Shown here piece by piece: positions 12,328 through 23,600 of a stretch of DNA of 25,546 nt. The stretch covers positions 1 to 25,546 of the forward strand of contig NEEC01000472.1 in assembly GCA_002189035.1 (NCBI GenBank), read 5' to 3'. Within the stretch, counting starts at the first letter, position 1; each line of letters starts with the position of its first letter. This DNA comes from Utricularia gibba. Its lineage: Eukaryota > Plantae > Magnoliophyta. The translations under genes were made by a program, and so were the position numbers. Below the pieces are notes generated by a model. The model saw nothing but the letters and a program-made list of their open reading frames with translations. It ran no database searches and had not been told where the DNA came from.

Positions 12328-13251
12328 CATGAGATCCTAACTTCAAAAAGGTATCACGATTTTCGTCGAATGGGACCCTTATTGTGCTGTGAAGTCAGAC
12401 CGAACCTTGGGTCCGGACGAAGTTCCCAACAACAGCACCCGCCAAAAAACGACAACTTTTCCTTGAAAAAGCATGTAGGCAGCCGCCGAAAACCCAACGT
12501 TAATAAATGCATCACTTTTTTGGCCGGGCTACAAATGACTATGGGCCAGAGCGCGACTCGACCATTTGCTCGATACTAGTGCCAGCCTAGAGCACCTCGT
12601 CAAATATAAATCAGGTTGTTGAGAAAACCATTTGGGGCGCTCATGACATCCTAACTTCATTAAATGCATCACGATTTTCATCGAGTAGGACCCGATTGGG
12701 CTCAGGAGCCAGACCAAACCTTGGGCCCTACAAAGCTGCCAACGACAGCACCCGCCTTAAAACGGCAAGCTGTTGCTTGAAAAACCATTTAGGCAGCCGC
12801 CGAAAACCCAACGTTGATAAATGCATGACTTATTTTCCGGGCTACAACTGACTATGGGCGTGAGCCCGACCCGACCTCTGGCCCAATCCCAAAACCCCCA
12901 GAGCGCCTTCTCAAATATAAAGTAGAGTGTGGAGAAAACCCATTGGGGTATGACATCCTAACAAAAGCAAATGCATCACGATTTTCATCGAGTAGGACCC
13001 GATTGGGCTCAGGAGCCGAACCTTGGGCCTTACAAAGCTGCCAACGACAGCACCCGCCTTAAAACGGCAAGCTGTTGCTTGAAAATGTGGGCAGCCGCCG
13101 ACAACCCAACGTTAATAAATGCATCACTTCTTTTGACGGGCTACAGCTGACTTTGTCCCCAAGCCGACCTGAATTCCGGCCCGATCTCGGTGACCCACAA
13201 AAGCGCCTTCTCATGTTTAAAGCATGCTGTTGAAAAAAGCATTTGGGCGGT
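12328..13251 (+). repeat. A-C-D hexamer copy 7
   Basis: C at 12642 to ~12948 and D at ~12949-13251. Confidence 0.9.
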
Positions 13252-13874
13252 CATGAGATCCTAACTTCAATAAAGGTATCACGATTTTCGTCGAATGGAC
13301 CTTATTGTGCTGTGAAGTCAGACCGAACCTTGGGTCCGGACGAAGTTCCCAACAACAGCACCCGCCAAAAAACGACAACTTTTCCTTGAAAAAGCATGTA
13401 GGCAGCCGCCGAAAACCCAACGTTAATAAATGCATCACTTTTTTGCCGGCTACAAATGACTATGGGCCAGAGCGCGACTCGACCATTTGCTCGATACTAG
13501 TGCCAGCCTAGAGCACCTCGTCAAATATAAATCAGGTTGTTGAGAAAACCATTTGGGGCGCTCATGACATCCTAACTTCATTAAATGCATCACGATTTTC
13601 ATCGAGTAGGACCCGATTGGGCTCAGGAGCCAGACCAAACCTTGGGCCCTTACAAAGCTGCCAACGACAGCACCCGCCTTAAAACGGCAAGCTGTTGCTT
13701 GAAAAACCATGTGGGCAGCCGCCGACAACCCAACGTTAATAAATGCATCACTTCTTTTCGGGCTACAGCTGACTTTGGGCCGAGCTCGACCCGAATTCCG
13801 GGCCGATCTCGGTGACCCACAAAAGCGCCTTCTCAAGTGTATAGCATGCTGTTGAAAAAAGCATTTGGGGTAAT

Positions 13875-16800
13875 CATGAGATCCTAACTTCAATAAAGGT
13901 ATCACGATTTTCGTCGAATGGGACCTTATTGTGCTGTGAAGTCAGACCGAACCTTGGGTCCGGACGAAGTTCCCAACAACAGCACCCGCCAAAAAACGAC
14001 AACTTTTCCTGAAAAAGCATGTAGGCAGCCGCCGAAAACCCAACGTTAATAAATGCATCACTTTTTTGGCCGGGCTAAAAAATGACTATGGGCCAGAGCG
14101 CGACTCGACCATTTGCTCGATACTAGAGCCAGCTTAAAGCACCTCGTCAATAAAAATCAGGTTGTTGAGAAAACCATTTGGGCGCTCATGACATCCTAAC
14201 TTCATTAAATGCATCACGATTTTCATCGAGTAGGACCCGATTGGGCTCAGGAGCCAGACCAAACCTTGGGCCCTTACAAAGCTGCCAACGACAGCACCCG
14301 CCTTAAAACGGCAAGCTGTTGCTTGAAAAACCATGTGGGCAGCCGCCGACAACCCAACGTTAATAAATGCATCACTTCTTTTGTCGGGCTACAGCTGACT
14401 TTGGGCCCGAGCTCGACCCGAATTCCGGCCCGATCTCGGTGACCCACAAAAGCGCCTTCTCAAGTGTATAGCATGCTGTTGAAAAAAGCATTTGGGGTAA
14501 TCATGAGATCCTAACTTCAATAAAGGTATCACGATTTTCGTCGAATGGGACCTTATTGTGCTGTGAAGTCAGACCGAACCTTGGGTCCGGACGAAGTTCC
14601 CAACAACAGCACCCGCCAAAAAACGACAACTTTTGCTTCAAAAAGCATGTAGGCAGCCGCCGAAAACCCAACGTTAATAAATGCATCACTTTTTTGACCG
14701 GCTACAAATGACTATGGGCCAGAGCGCGACTCGACCATTTGCTCGATACTAGTGCCAGCCTAGAGCACCTCGTCAAATATAAATCAGGTTGTTGAGAAAA
14801 CCATTTGGGCGCTCATGACATCCTAACTTCATTAAATGCATCACGATTTTCATCGAGTAGGACCCGATTGGGCTCAGGAGCCAGACCAAACCTTGGGCCC
14901 TTACAAAGCTGCCAACGACAGCACCCGCCTTAAAACGGCAAGCTGTTGCTTGAAAAACCATGTGGGCAGCCGCCGACAACCCAACGTTAATAAATGCATC
15001 ACTTCTTTTGTCGGGCTACAGCTGACTTTGGGCCCGAGCTCGACCCGAATTCCGGCCGATCTCGGTGACCCACAAAAGCGCCTTCTCAAGTGTATAGCAT
15101 GCTGTTGAAAAAAGCATTTGGGGGTCATGAGATCCTAACTTCAATAAAGGTATCACGATTTTCGTCGAATGGGACCTTATTGTGCTGTGAAGTCAGACCG
15201 AACCTTGGGTCCGGACGAAGTTCCCAACAACAGCACCCGCCAAAAAACGACAACTTTTCCTTGAAAAAGCATGTAGGCAGCCGCCGAAAACCCAACGTTA
15301 ATAAATGCATCACTTTTTTGGCCGGGCTACAAATGACTATGGGCCAGAGCGCGACTCGACCATTTGTTCGATACTAGTGCCAGCCTAGAGCACCTCGTCA
15401 AATATAAATCAGGTTGTTGAGAAAACCATTTGGGGCGCTCATGACATCCTAACTTCATTAAATGCATCACGATTTTCATCGAGTAGGACCCGATTGGGCT
15501 CAGGAGCCAGACCAAACCTTGGGCCCTTACAAAGCTGCCAACGACAGCACCCGCCTTAAAACGGCAAGCTGTTGCTTGAAAAACCATGTGGGCAGCCGCC
15601 GACAACCCAACGTTAATAAATGCATCACTTCTTTTGTCGGGCTACAGCTGACTTTGGGCCGAGCTCGACCCGAATTCCGGCCGATCTCGGTGACCCACAA
15701 AAGCGCCTTCTCAAGTGTATAGCATGCTGTTGAAAAAAGCATTTGGGGTTCATGAGATCCTAACTTCAATAAAGGTATCACGATTTTCGTCGAATGGGAC
15801 CTTATTGTGCTGTGAAGTCAGACCGAACCTTGGGTCCGGACGAAGTTCCCAACAACAGCACCCGCCAAAAAACGACAACTTTTCCTGAAAAAGCATGTAG
15901 GCAGCCGCCGAAAACCCAACGTTAATAAATGCATCACTTTTTTGCCGGGCTAAAAAATGACTATGGGCCAGAGCGCGACTCGACCATTTGCTCGATACTA
16001 GAGCCAGCTTAAAGCACCTCGTCAATAAAAATCAGGTTGTTGAGAAAACCATTTGGGGCGCTCATGACATCCTAACTTCATTAAATGCACACGATTTTCA
16101 TCGAGTAGGACCCGATTGGGCTCAGGAGCCAGACCAAACCTTGGGCCCTTACAAAGCTGCCAACGACAGCACCGCCTTAAAACGGCAAGCTGTTGCTTGA
16201 AAAACCATGTGGGCAGCCGACAAACCCAACGTTAATAAATGCATCACTTCTTTTGTCGGGCTACAGCTGACTTTGGGCCCGAGCTCGACCCGAATTCCGG
16301 GCCGATCTCGGTGACCCACAAAAGCGCCTTCTCAAGTGTATAGCATGCTGTTGAAAAAAGCATTTGGGGTAATCATGAGATCCTAACTTCAATAAAGGTA
16401 TCACGATTTTCGTCGAATGGGACATTGTGCTGTGAAGTCAGACCGAACCTTGGGTCCGGACGAAGTTCCCAACAACAGCACCCGCCAAAAAACGACAACT
16501 TTTCCTTGAAAAAGCATGTAGGCAGCCGCCGAAAACCCAACGTTAATAAATGCATCACTTTTTTTTGCCGGGCTACGAATGACTATGGGCCAAGCGCGAC
16601 TCGACCATTTGCTCGATACTAGAGCCAGCTTAAAGCACCTCGTCGAATAAAAATCAGGTTGTTGAGAAAACCATTTGGGGCGCTCATGACATCCTAACTT
16701 CATTAAATGCATCACGATTTTCATCGAGTAGGACCCGATTAGGCTCAGGAGCCAGACCAAACCTTGGGCCCTTACAAAGCTGCCAATGACAGCACCCGCC

Positions 16801-17676
16801 TTAAAACGGCAAGCTGTTGCTTGAAAAACCATGTGGGCAGCCGCCGACAACCCAACGTTAATAAATGCATCACTTCTTTTGTCGGGCTACAGCTGACTTT
16901 GGGCCCGAGCTCGACCCGAATTCCGGCCGATCTCGGTGACCCACAAAAGCGCCTTCTCAAGTGTATAGCATGCTGTTGAAAAAAGCATTTGGGGCGGTCA
17001 TGAGATCCTAACTTCAATAAAGGTATCACGATTTTCGTCGAATGGGACCTTATTTGTGCTGTGAAGTCAGACCGAACTTGGGTCCGGACGAAGTTCCCAA
17101 CAACAGCACCGCCAAAAAACGACAACTTTTTCTTCAAAAGCATGTAGGCAGCCGCCGAAAACCCAACGTTAATAAATGCATCACTTTTTTGTCCGGGCTA
17201 CGAATGACTATGGGCCAGAGCGCGACTCGACCATTTGCTCGATACTAGAGCCAGCTTAAAGCACCTCGTCGAATAAAATCAGGTTGTTGAGAAAACCATT
17301 TGGGGCGCTCATGACATCCTAACTTCATTAAATGCATCACGATTTTCATCGAGTAGGACCCGATTGGGGAGCCAGACCAAACCTTGGGCCCTTACAAAGC
17401 TGCCAACGACAGCACCCGCCTTAAAACGGCAAGCTGTTGCTTGAAAAGGCAGCCGCCGACAACCCAACGTTAATAATGCATCACTTCTTTTGGGGCTACA
17501 GCTGACTTTGTTTCCGGCCGATTTCTCAAACTATGGGGGAATTATTGGGCTTTTTAAAGTGTTAATAATGCATCACTTCTTACAGCTGAAGCCGACCCGA
17601 ATTCCGGCCCGATCTCGGTGACCCACAAAAGCGCCTTCTCAAGTGTATTGCTGTTGAAAAAAGCATTTGGGGTGGT
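13875..17676 (+). repeat. Domain II: six heterogeneous A-B tetramers, four of them with the variant A* dimer
   Basis: Units start at 13875, 14502, 15126, 15751, 16374 and 16999. No C/D dimers are present. The A* tag TAGAGCCAGCTTAAAGC is in the units at 13875, 15751, 16374 and 16999. Confidence 0.85.
17310..17676 (+). other. Aberrant 367-bp B dimer with a partial internal duplication and a scrambled linker
   Basis: TAATAATGCATCACTTCT..TACAGCTGA occurs twice (~17471 and ~17563), separated by non-consensus sequence at ~17511-17561. Confidence 0.75.
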
Positions 17677-20600
17677 CATGAGATCCTAACTTCAATAAAG
17701 GTATCACGATTTTCGTCGAATGGGACCTTATTGTGCTGTGAAGTCAGACCGAACCTTGGGTCCGGACGAAGTTCCCAACAACAGCACCCGCCAAAAAACG
17801 ACAACTTTTCCTTGAAAAAGCATGTAGGCAGCCGCCGAAAACCCAACGTTAATAAATGCATCACTTTTTTGGCCGGGCTACAAATGACTATGGGCCAGAG
17901 CGCGACTCGACCATTTGCTCGATACTAGTGCCAGCCTAGAGCACCTCGTCAATATAAATCAGGTTGTTGAGAAAACCATTTGGGGCGCTCATGACATCCT
18001 AACTTCATTAAATGCATCACGATTTTCATCGAGTAGGACCCGATTGGGCTCAGGAGCCAGACCAAACCTTGGGCCCTTACAAAGCTGCCAACGACAGCAC
18101 CCGCCTTAAAACGGCAAGCTGTTGCTTGAAAAACATGTGGGCAGCCGCCGACAACCCAACGTTAATAAATGCATCACTTCTTTTTCGGGCTACAGCTGAC
18201 TTTGGCCCGAGCCCGACCCGAATTCCGGCCCGATCTCGGTGACCCACAAAAGCCTTCTCAAGTGTATAGCATGCTGTTGAAAAAAGCATTTGGGGTGGTC
18301 ATGAGATCCTAACTTCAATAAAGGTATCACGATTTTCGTCGAATGGGACCTTATTGTGCTGTGAAGTCAGACCGAACCTTGGGTCCGGACGAAGTTCCCA
18401 ACAACAGCACCCGCCAAAAAACGACAACTTTTCCTTGAAAAAGCATGTAGGCAGCCGCCGAAAACCCAACGTTAATAAATGCATCACTTTTTTGGCCGGG
18501 CTACAAATGACTATGGGCCAGAGCGCGACTCGACCATTTGCTCGATACTAGTGCCAGCCTAGAGCACCTCGTCAATATAAATCAGGTTGTTGAGAAAACC
18601 ATTTGGGGCGCTCATGACATCCTAACTTCATTAAATGCATCACGATTTTCATCGAGTAGGACCCGATTGGGCTCAGGAGCCAGACCAAACCTTGGGCCCT
18701 TACAAAGCTGCCAACGACAGCACCCGCCTTAAAACGGCAAGCTGTTGCTTGAAAAACCATGTGGGCAGCCGCCGACAACCCAACGTTAATAAATGCATCA
18801 CTTCTTTTGACGGGCTACAGCTGACTTTGGGCCCGAGCCCGACCCGAATTCCCCGATCTCGGTGACCCACAAAAGCGCCTTCTCAAGTGTATAGCATGCT
18901 GTTGAAAAAAGCATTTGGGGTGGTCATGAGATCCTAACTTCAATAAAGGTATCACGATTTTCGTCGAATGGGACCTTATTGTGCTGTGAAGTCAGACCGA
19001 ACCTTGGGTCCGGACGAAGTTCCCAACAACAGCACCCGCCAAAAAACGACAACTTTTCCTTGAAAAAGCATGTAGGCAGCCGCCGAAAACCCAACGTTAA
19101 TAAATGCATCACTTTTTTGGCCGGGCTACAAATGACTATGGGCCAGAGCGCGACTCGACCATTTGCTCGATACTAGTGCCAGCCTAGAGCACCTCGTCAA
19201 ATATAAATCAGGTTGTTGAGAAAACCATTTGGGGCGCTCATGACATCCTAACTTCATTAAATGCATCACGATTTTCATCGAGTAGGACCCGATTGGGCTA
19301 AGGAGCCAGACCAAAACCTTGGGCCCTTACAAAGCTGCCAACGACAGCACCCGCCTTAAAACGGCAAGCTGTTGCTTGAAAAACCATGTGGGCAGCCGCC
19401 GACAACCCAACGTTAATAAATGCATCACTTCTTTTGACGGGCTACAGCTGACTTTGGCCCGAGCCCGACCCGAATTCCGGCCCGATCTCGGTGACCCACA
19501 AAAGCGCCTTCTCAAGTGTATAGCATGCTGTTGAAAAAAGCATTTGGGGTGGTCATGAGATCCTAACTTCAATAAAGGTATCACGATTTTCGTCGAATGG
19601 GACCTTATTGTGCTGTGAAGTCAGACCGAACCTTGGGTCCGGACGAAGTTCCCAACAACAGCACCCGCCAAAAAACGACAACTTTTCCTTGAAAAAGCAT
19701 GTAGGCAGCCGCCGAAAACCCAACGTTAATAAATGCATCACTTTTTTGGCCGGGCTACAAATGACTATGGGCCAGAGCGCGACTCGACCATTTGCTCGAT
19801 ACTAGTGCCAGCCTAGAGCACCTCGTCAAATATAAATCAGGTTGTTGAGAAAACCATTTGGGGCTCATGACATCCTAACTTCATTAAATGCATCACGATT
19901 TTCATCGAGTAGGACCCGATTGGGCTCAGGAGCCAGACCAACCTTGGGCCCTTACAAAGCTGCCAACGACAGCACCCGCCTTAAAACGGCAAGCTGTTGC
20001 TTGAAAAACCATGTGGGCAGCCGCCGACAACCCAACGTTAATAAATGCATCACTTCTTTTGTCGGGCTACAGCTGACTTTGGGCCCGAGCTCGACCCGAA
20101 TTCCGGCCCGATCGTGACCCACAAAAGCGCCTTCTCAAGTGTATAGCATGCTGTTGAAAAAAGCATTTGGGGTGGTCATGAGATCCTAACTTCAATAAAG
20201 GTATCACGATTTTCGTCGAATGGGACCTTATTGTGCTGTGAAGTCAGACCGAACCTTGGGTCCGGACGAAGTTCCCAACAACAGCACCCGCCAAAAAACG
20301 ACAACTTTTCCTTGAAAAAGCATGTAGGCAGCCGCCGAAACCCAACGTTAATAAATGCATCACTTTTTTGGCCGGGCTACAAATGACTATGGGCCAGAGC
20401 GCGACTCGACCATTTGCTCGATACTAGTGCCAGCCTAGAGCACCTCGTCAAATATAAATCAGGTTGTTGAGAAAACCATTTGGGGCGCTCATGACATCCT
20501 AACTTCATTAAATGCATCACGATTTTCATCGAGTAGGACCCGATTGGGCTCAGGAGCCAGACCAAACCTTGGGCCTTACAAAGCTGCCAACGACAGCACC

Positions 20601-23600
20601 CGCCTTAAAACGGCAAGCTGTTGCTTGAAAAACCATGTGGGCAGCCGCCGACAACCCAACGTTAATAAATGCATCACTTCTTTTGACGGGCTACAGCTGA
20701 CTTTGGGCCCGAGCCGACCCGAATTCCGGCCCGATCGGTGACCCACAAAAGCGCCTTCTCAAGTGTATAGCATGCTGTTGAAAAAGCATTTGGGGTGGTC
20801 ATGAGATCCTAACTTCAATAAAGGTATCACGATTTCGTCGAATGGGACCTTATTGTGCTGTGAAGTCAGACCGAACCTTGGGTCCGGACGAAGTTCCCAA
20901 CAACAGCACCCGCCAAAAAACGACAACTTTTCCTTGAAAAAGCATGTAGGCAGCCGCCGAAAACCCAACGTTAATAAATGCATCACTTTTTTGGCCGGGC
21001 TACAAATGACTATGGGCCAGAGCGCGACTCGACCATTTGCTCGATACTAGTGCCAGCCTAGAGCACCTCGTCAAATATAAATCAGGTTGTTGAGAAACCA
21101 TTTGGGGCGCTCATGACATCCTAACTTCATTAAATGCATCACGATTTTCATCGAGTAGGACCCGATTGGGCTCAGGAGCCAGACCAAACCTTGGGCCCTT
21201 ACAAAGCTGCCAACGACAGCACCCGCCTTAAACGGCAAGCTGTTGCTTGAAAAACCATGTGGCAGCCGCCGACAACCCAACGTTAATAAATGCATCACTT
21301 CTTTTGACGGGCTACAGCTGACTTTGGGCCCAAGCCCGACCCGAATTCCGGCCCGATCTCGGTGACCCACAAAAGCGCCTTCTCAAGTGTATAGCATGCT
21401 GTTGAAAAAAGCATTTGGGGTGGTCATGAGATCCTAACTTCAATAAAGGTATCACGATTTTCGTCGAATGGGACCTTATTGTGCTGTGAAGTCAGACCGA
21501 ACCTTGGGTCCGGACGAAGTTCCCAACAACAGCACCCGCCAAAAAACGACAACTTTTCCTTGAAAAAGCATGTAGGCAGCCGCCGAAAACCCAACGTTAA
21601 TAAATGCATCACTTTTTTGGCCGGGCTACAAATGACTATGGCCAGAGCGCGACTCGACCATTTGCTCGATACTAGTGCCAGCCTAGAGCACCTCGTCAAA
21701 TATAAATCAGGTTGTTGAGAAAACCATTTGGGGCGCTCATGACATCCTAACTTCATTAAATGCATCACGATTTTCATCGAGTAGGACCCGATTGGGCTAA
21801 GGAGCCAGACCAAACCTTGGGCCCTTACAAAGCTGCCAACGACAGCACCCGCCTTAAAACGGCAAGCTGTTGCTTGAAAAACCATGTGGGCAGCCGCCGA
21901 CAACCCAACGTTAATAAATGCATCACTTCTTTTGTCGGGCTACAGCTGACTTTGGGCCCGAGCTCGACCCGAATTCCGGCCCGATCTCGGTGACCCACAA
22001 AAGCGCCTTCTCAAGTTAAAGCATGCTGTTGAAAAAAGCATTTGGGGTGGTCATGAGATCCTAACTTCAATAAAGGTATCACGATTTTCGTCGAATGGGA
22101 CCTTATTGTGCTGTGAAGTCAGACCGAACCTTGGGTCCGGACGAAGTTCCCAACAACAGCACCCGCCAAAAAACGACAACTTTTCCTTGAAAAAGCATGT
22201 AGGCAGCCGCCGAAAACCCAACGTTAATAAATGCATCACTTTTTTGGCCGGGCTACAAATGACTATGGGCCAGAGCGCGACTCGACCATTTGCTCGATAC
22301 TAGTGCCAGCCTAGAGCACCTCGTCAAATATAAATCAGGTTGTTGAGAAAACCATTTGGGGCGCTCATGACATCCTAACTTCATTAAATGCATCACGATT
22401 TTCATCGAGTAGGACCCGATTGGGCTCAGGAGCCAGACCAAACCTTGGGCCCTTACAAAGCTGCCAACGACAGCACCCGCCTTAAAACGCAAGCTGTTGC
22501 TTGAAAAACCATGTGGGCAGCCGCCGACAACCCAACGTTAATAAATGCATCACTTCTTTTGTCGGGCTACAGCTGACTTTGGGCCCGAGCCGACCCGAAT
22601 TCCGGCCCGATCTGTGACCCACAAAAGCGCCTTCTCAAGTGTATAGCATGCTGTTGAAAAAAGCATTTGGGGTGGTCATGAGATCCTAACTTCAATAAAG
22701 GTATCACGATTTTCGTCGAATGGGACCTTATTGTGCTGTGAAGTCAGACCGAACCTTGGGTCCGGACGAAGTTCCCAACAACAGCACCCGCCAAAAAACG
22801 ACAACTTTTCCTTGAAAAAGCATGTAGGCAGCCGCCGAAAACCCAACGTTAATAAATGCATCACTTTTTTGGCCGGGCTACAAATGACTATGGGCCAGAG
22901 CGCGACTCGACCATTTGCTCGATACTAGTGCCAGCCTAGAGCACCTCGTCAAATATAAATCAGGTTGTTGAGAAAACCATTTGGGGCGCTCATGACATCC
23001 TAACTTCATTAAATGCATCACGATTTTCATCGAGTAGGACCGATTGGGCTCAGGAGCCAGACCAAACCTTGGGCCTTATTTATGCTTGAGGCAGCTTCGG
23101 GCTGGTTTTTAACCATTGATGGGCAGGTTAGTTTGCTGTTAATAAATGCATTAATAAATGCATCACTTCTTTTGACGGGCTACAGCTGACTTTGTCCCCC
23201 AAGCCCGACCCGAATTCCGGCCCGATCTGGGTGACCCACAAAAGCGCCTTCTCAAGTTTAAAGCATGCTGTTGAAAAAAGCATTTGGGGTGGTCATGAGA
23301 TCCTAACTTCAATAAAGGTATCACGATTTTCGTCGAATGGGACCTTATTGTGCTGTGAAGTCAGACCGAACCTTGGGTCCGGACGAAGTTCCCAACAACA
23401 GCACCCGCCAAAAAACGACAACTTTTCCTTGAAAAAGCATGTAGGCAGCCGCCGAAAACCCAACGTTAATAAATGCATCACTTTTTTGGCCGGGCTACAA
23501 ATGACTATGGGCCAGAGCGCGACTCGACCATTTGCTCGATACTAGTGCCAGCCTAGAGCACCTCGTCAAATATAAATCAGGTTGTTGAGAAAACCATTTG

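Larger units (their letters stand above)
1..13874 (+). repeat. Domain I: mixed HOR domain of (A-C-D + A-B) decamers interspersed with A*-B tetramers
   Basis: Unit order: A*B(1), ACD(632), AB(1561), AB(2187), A*B(2809), ACD(3436), AB(4311), A*B(4932), ACD(5556), AB(6479), ACD(7104), AB(7990), A*B(8616), ACD(9239), AB(10155), ACD(10779), AB(11699), ACD(12328), AB(13252). Confidence 0.88.
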
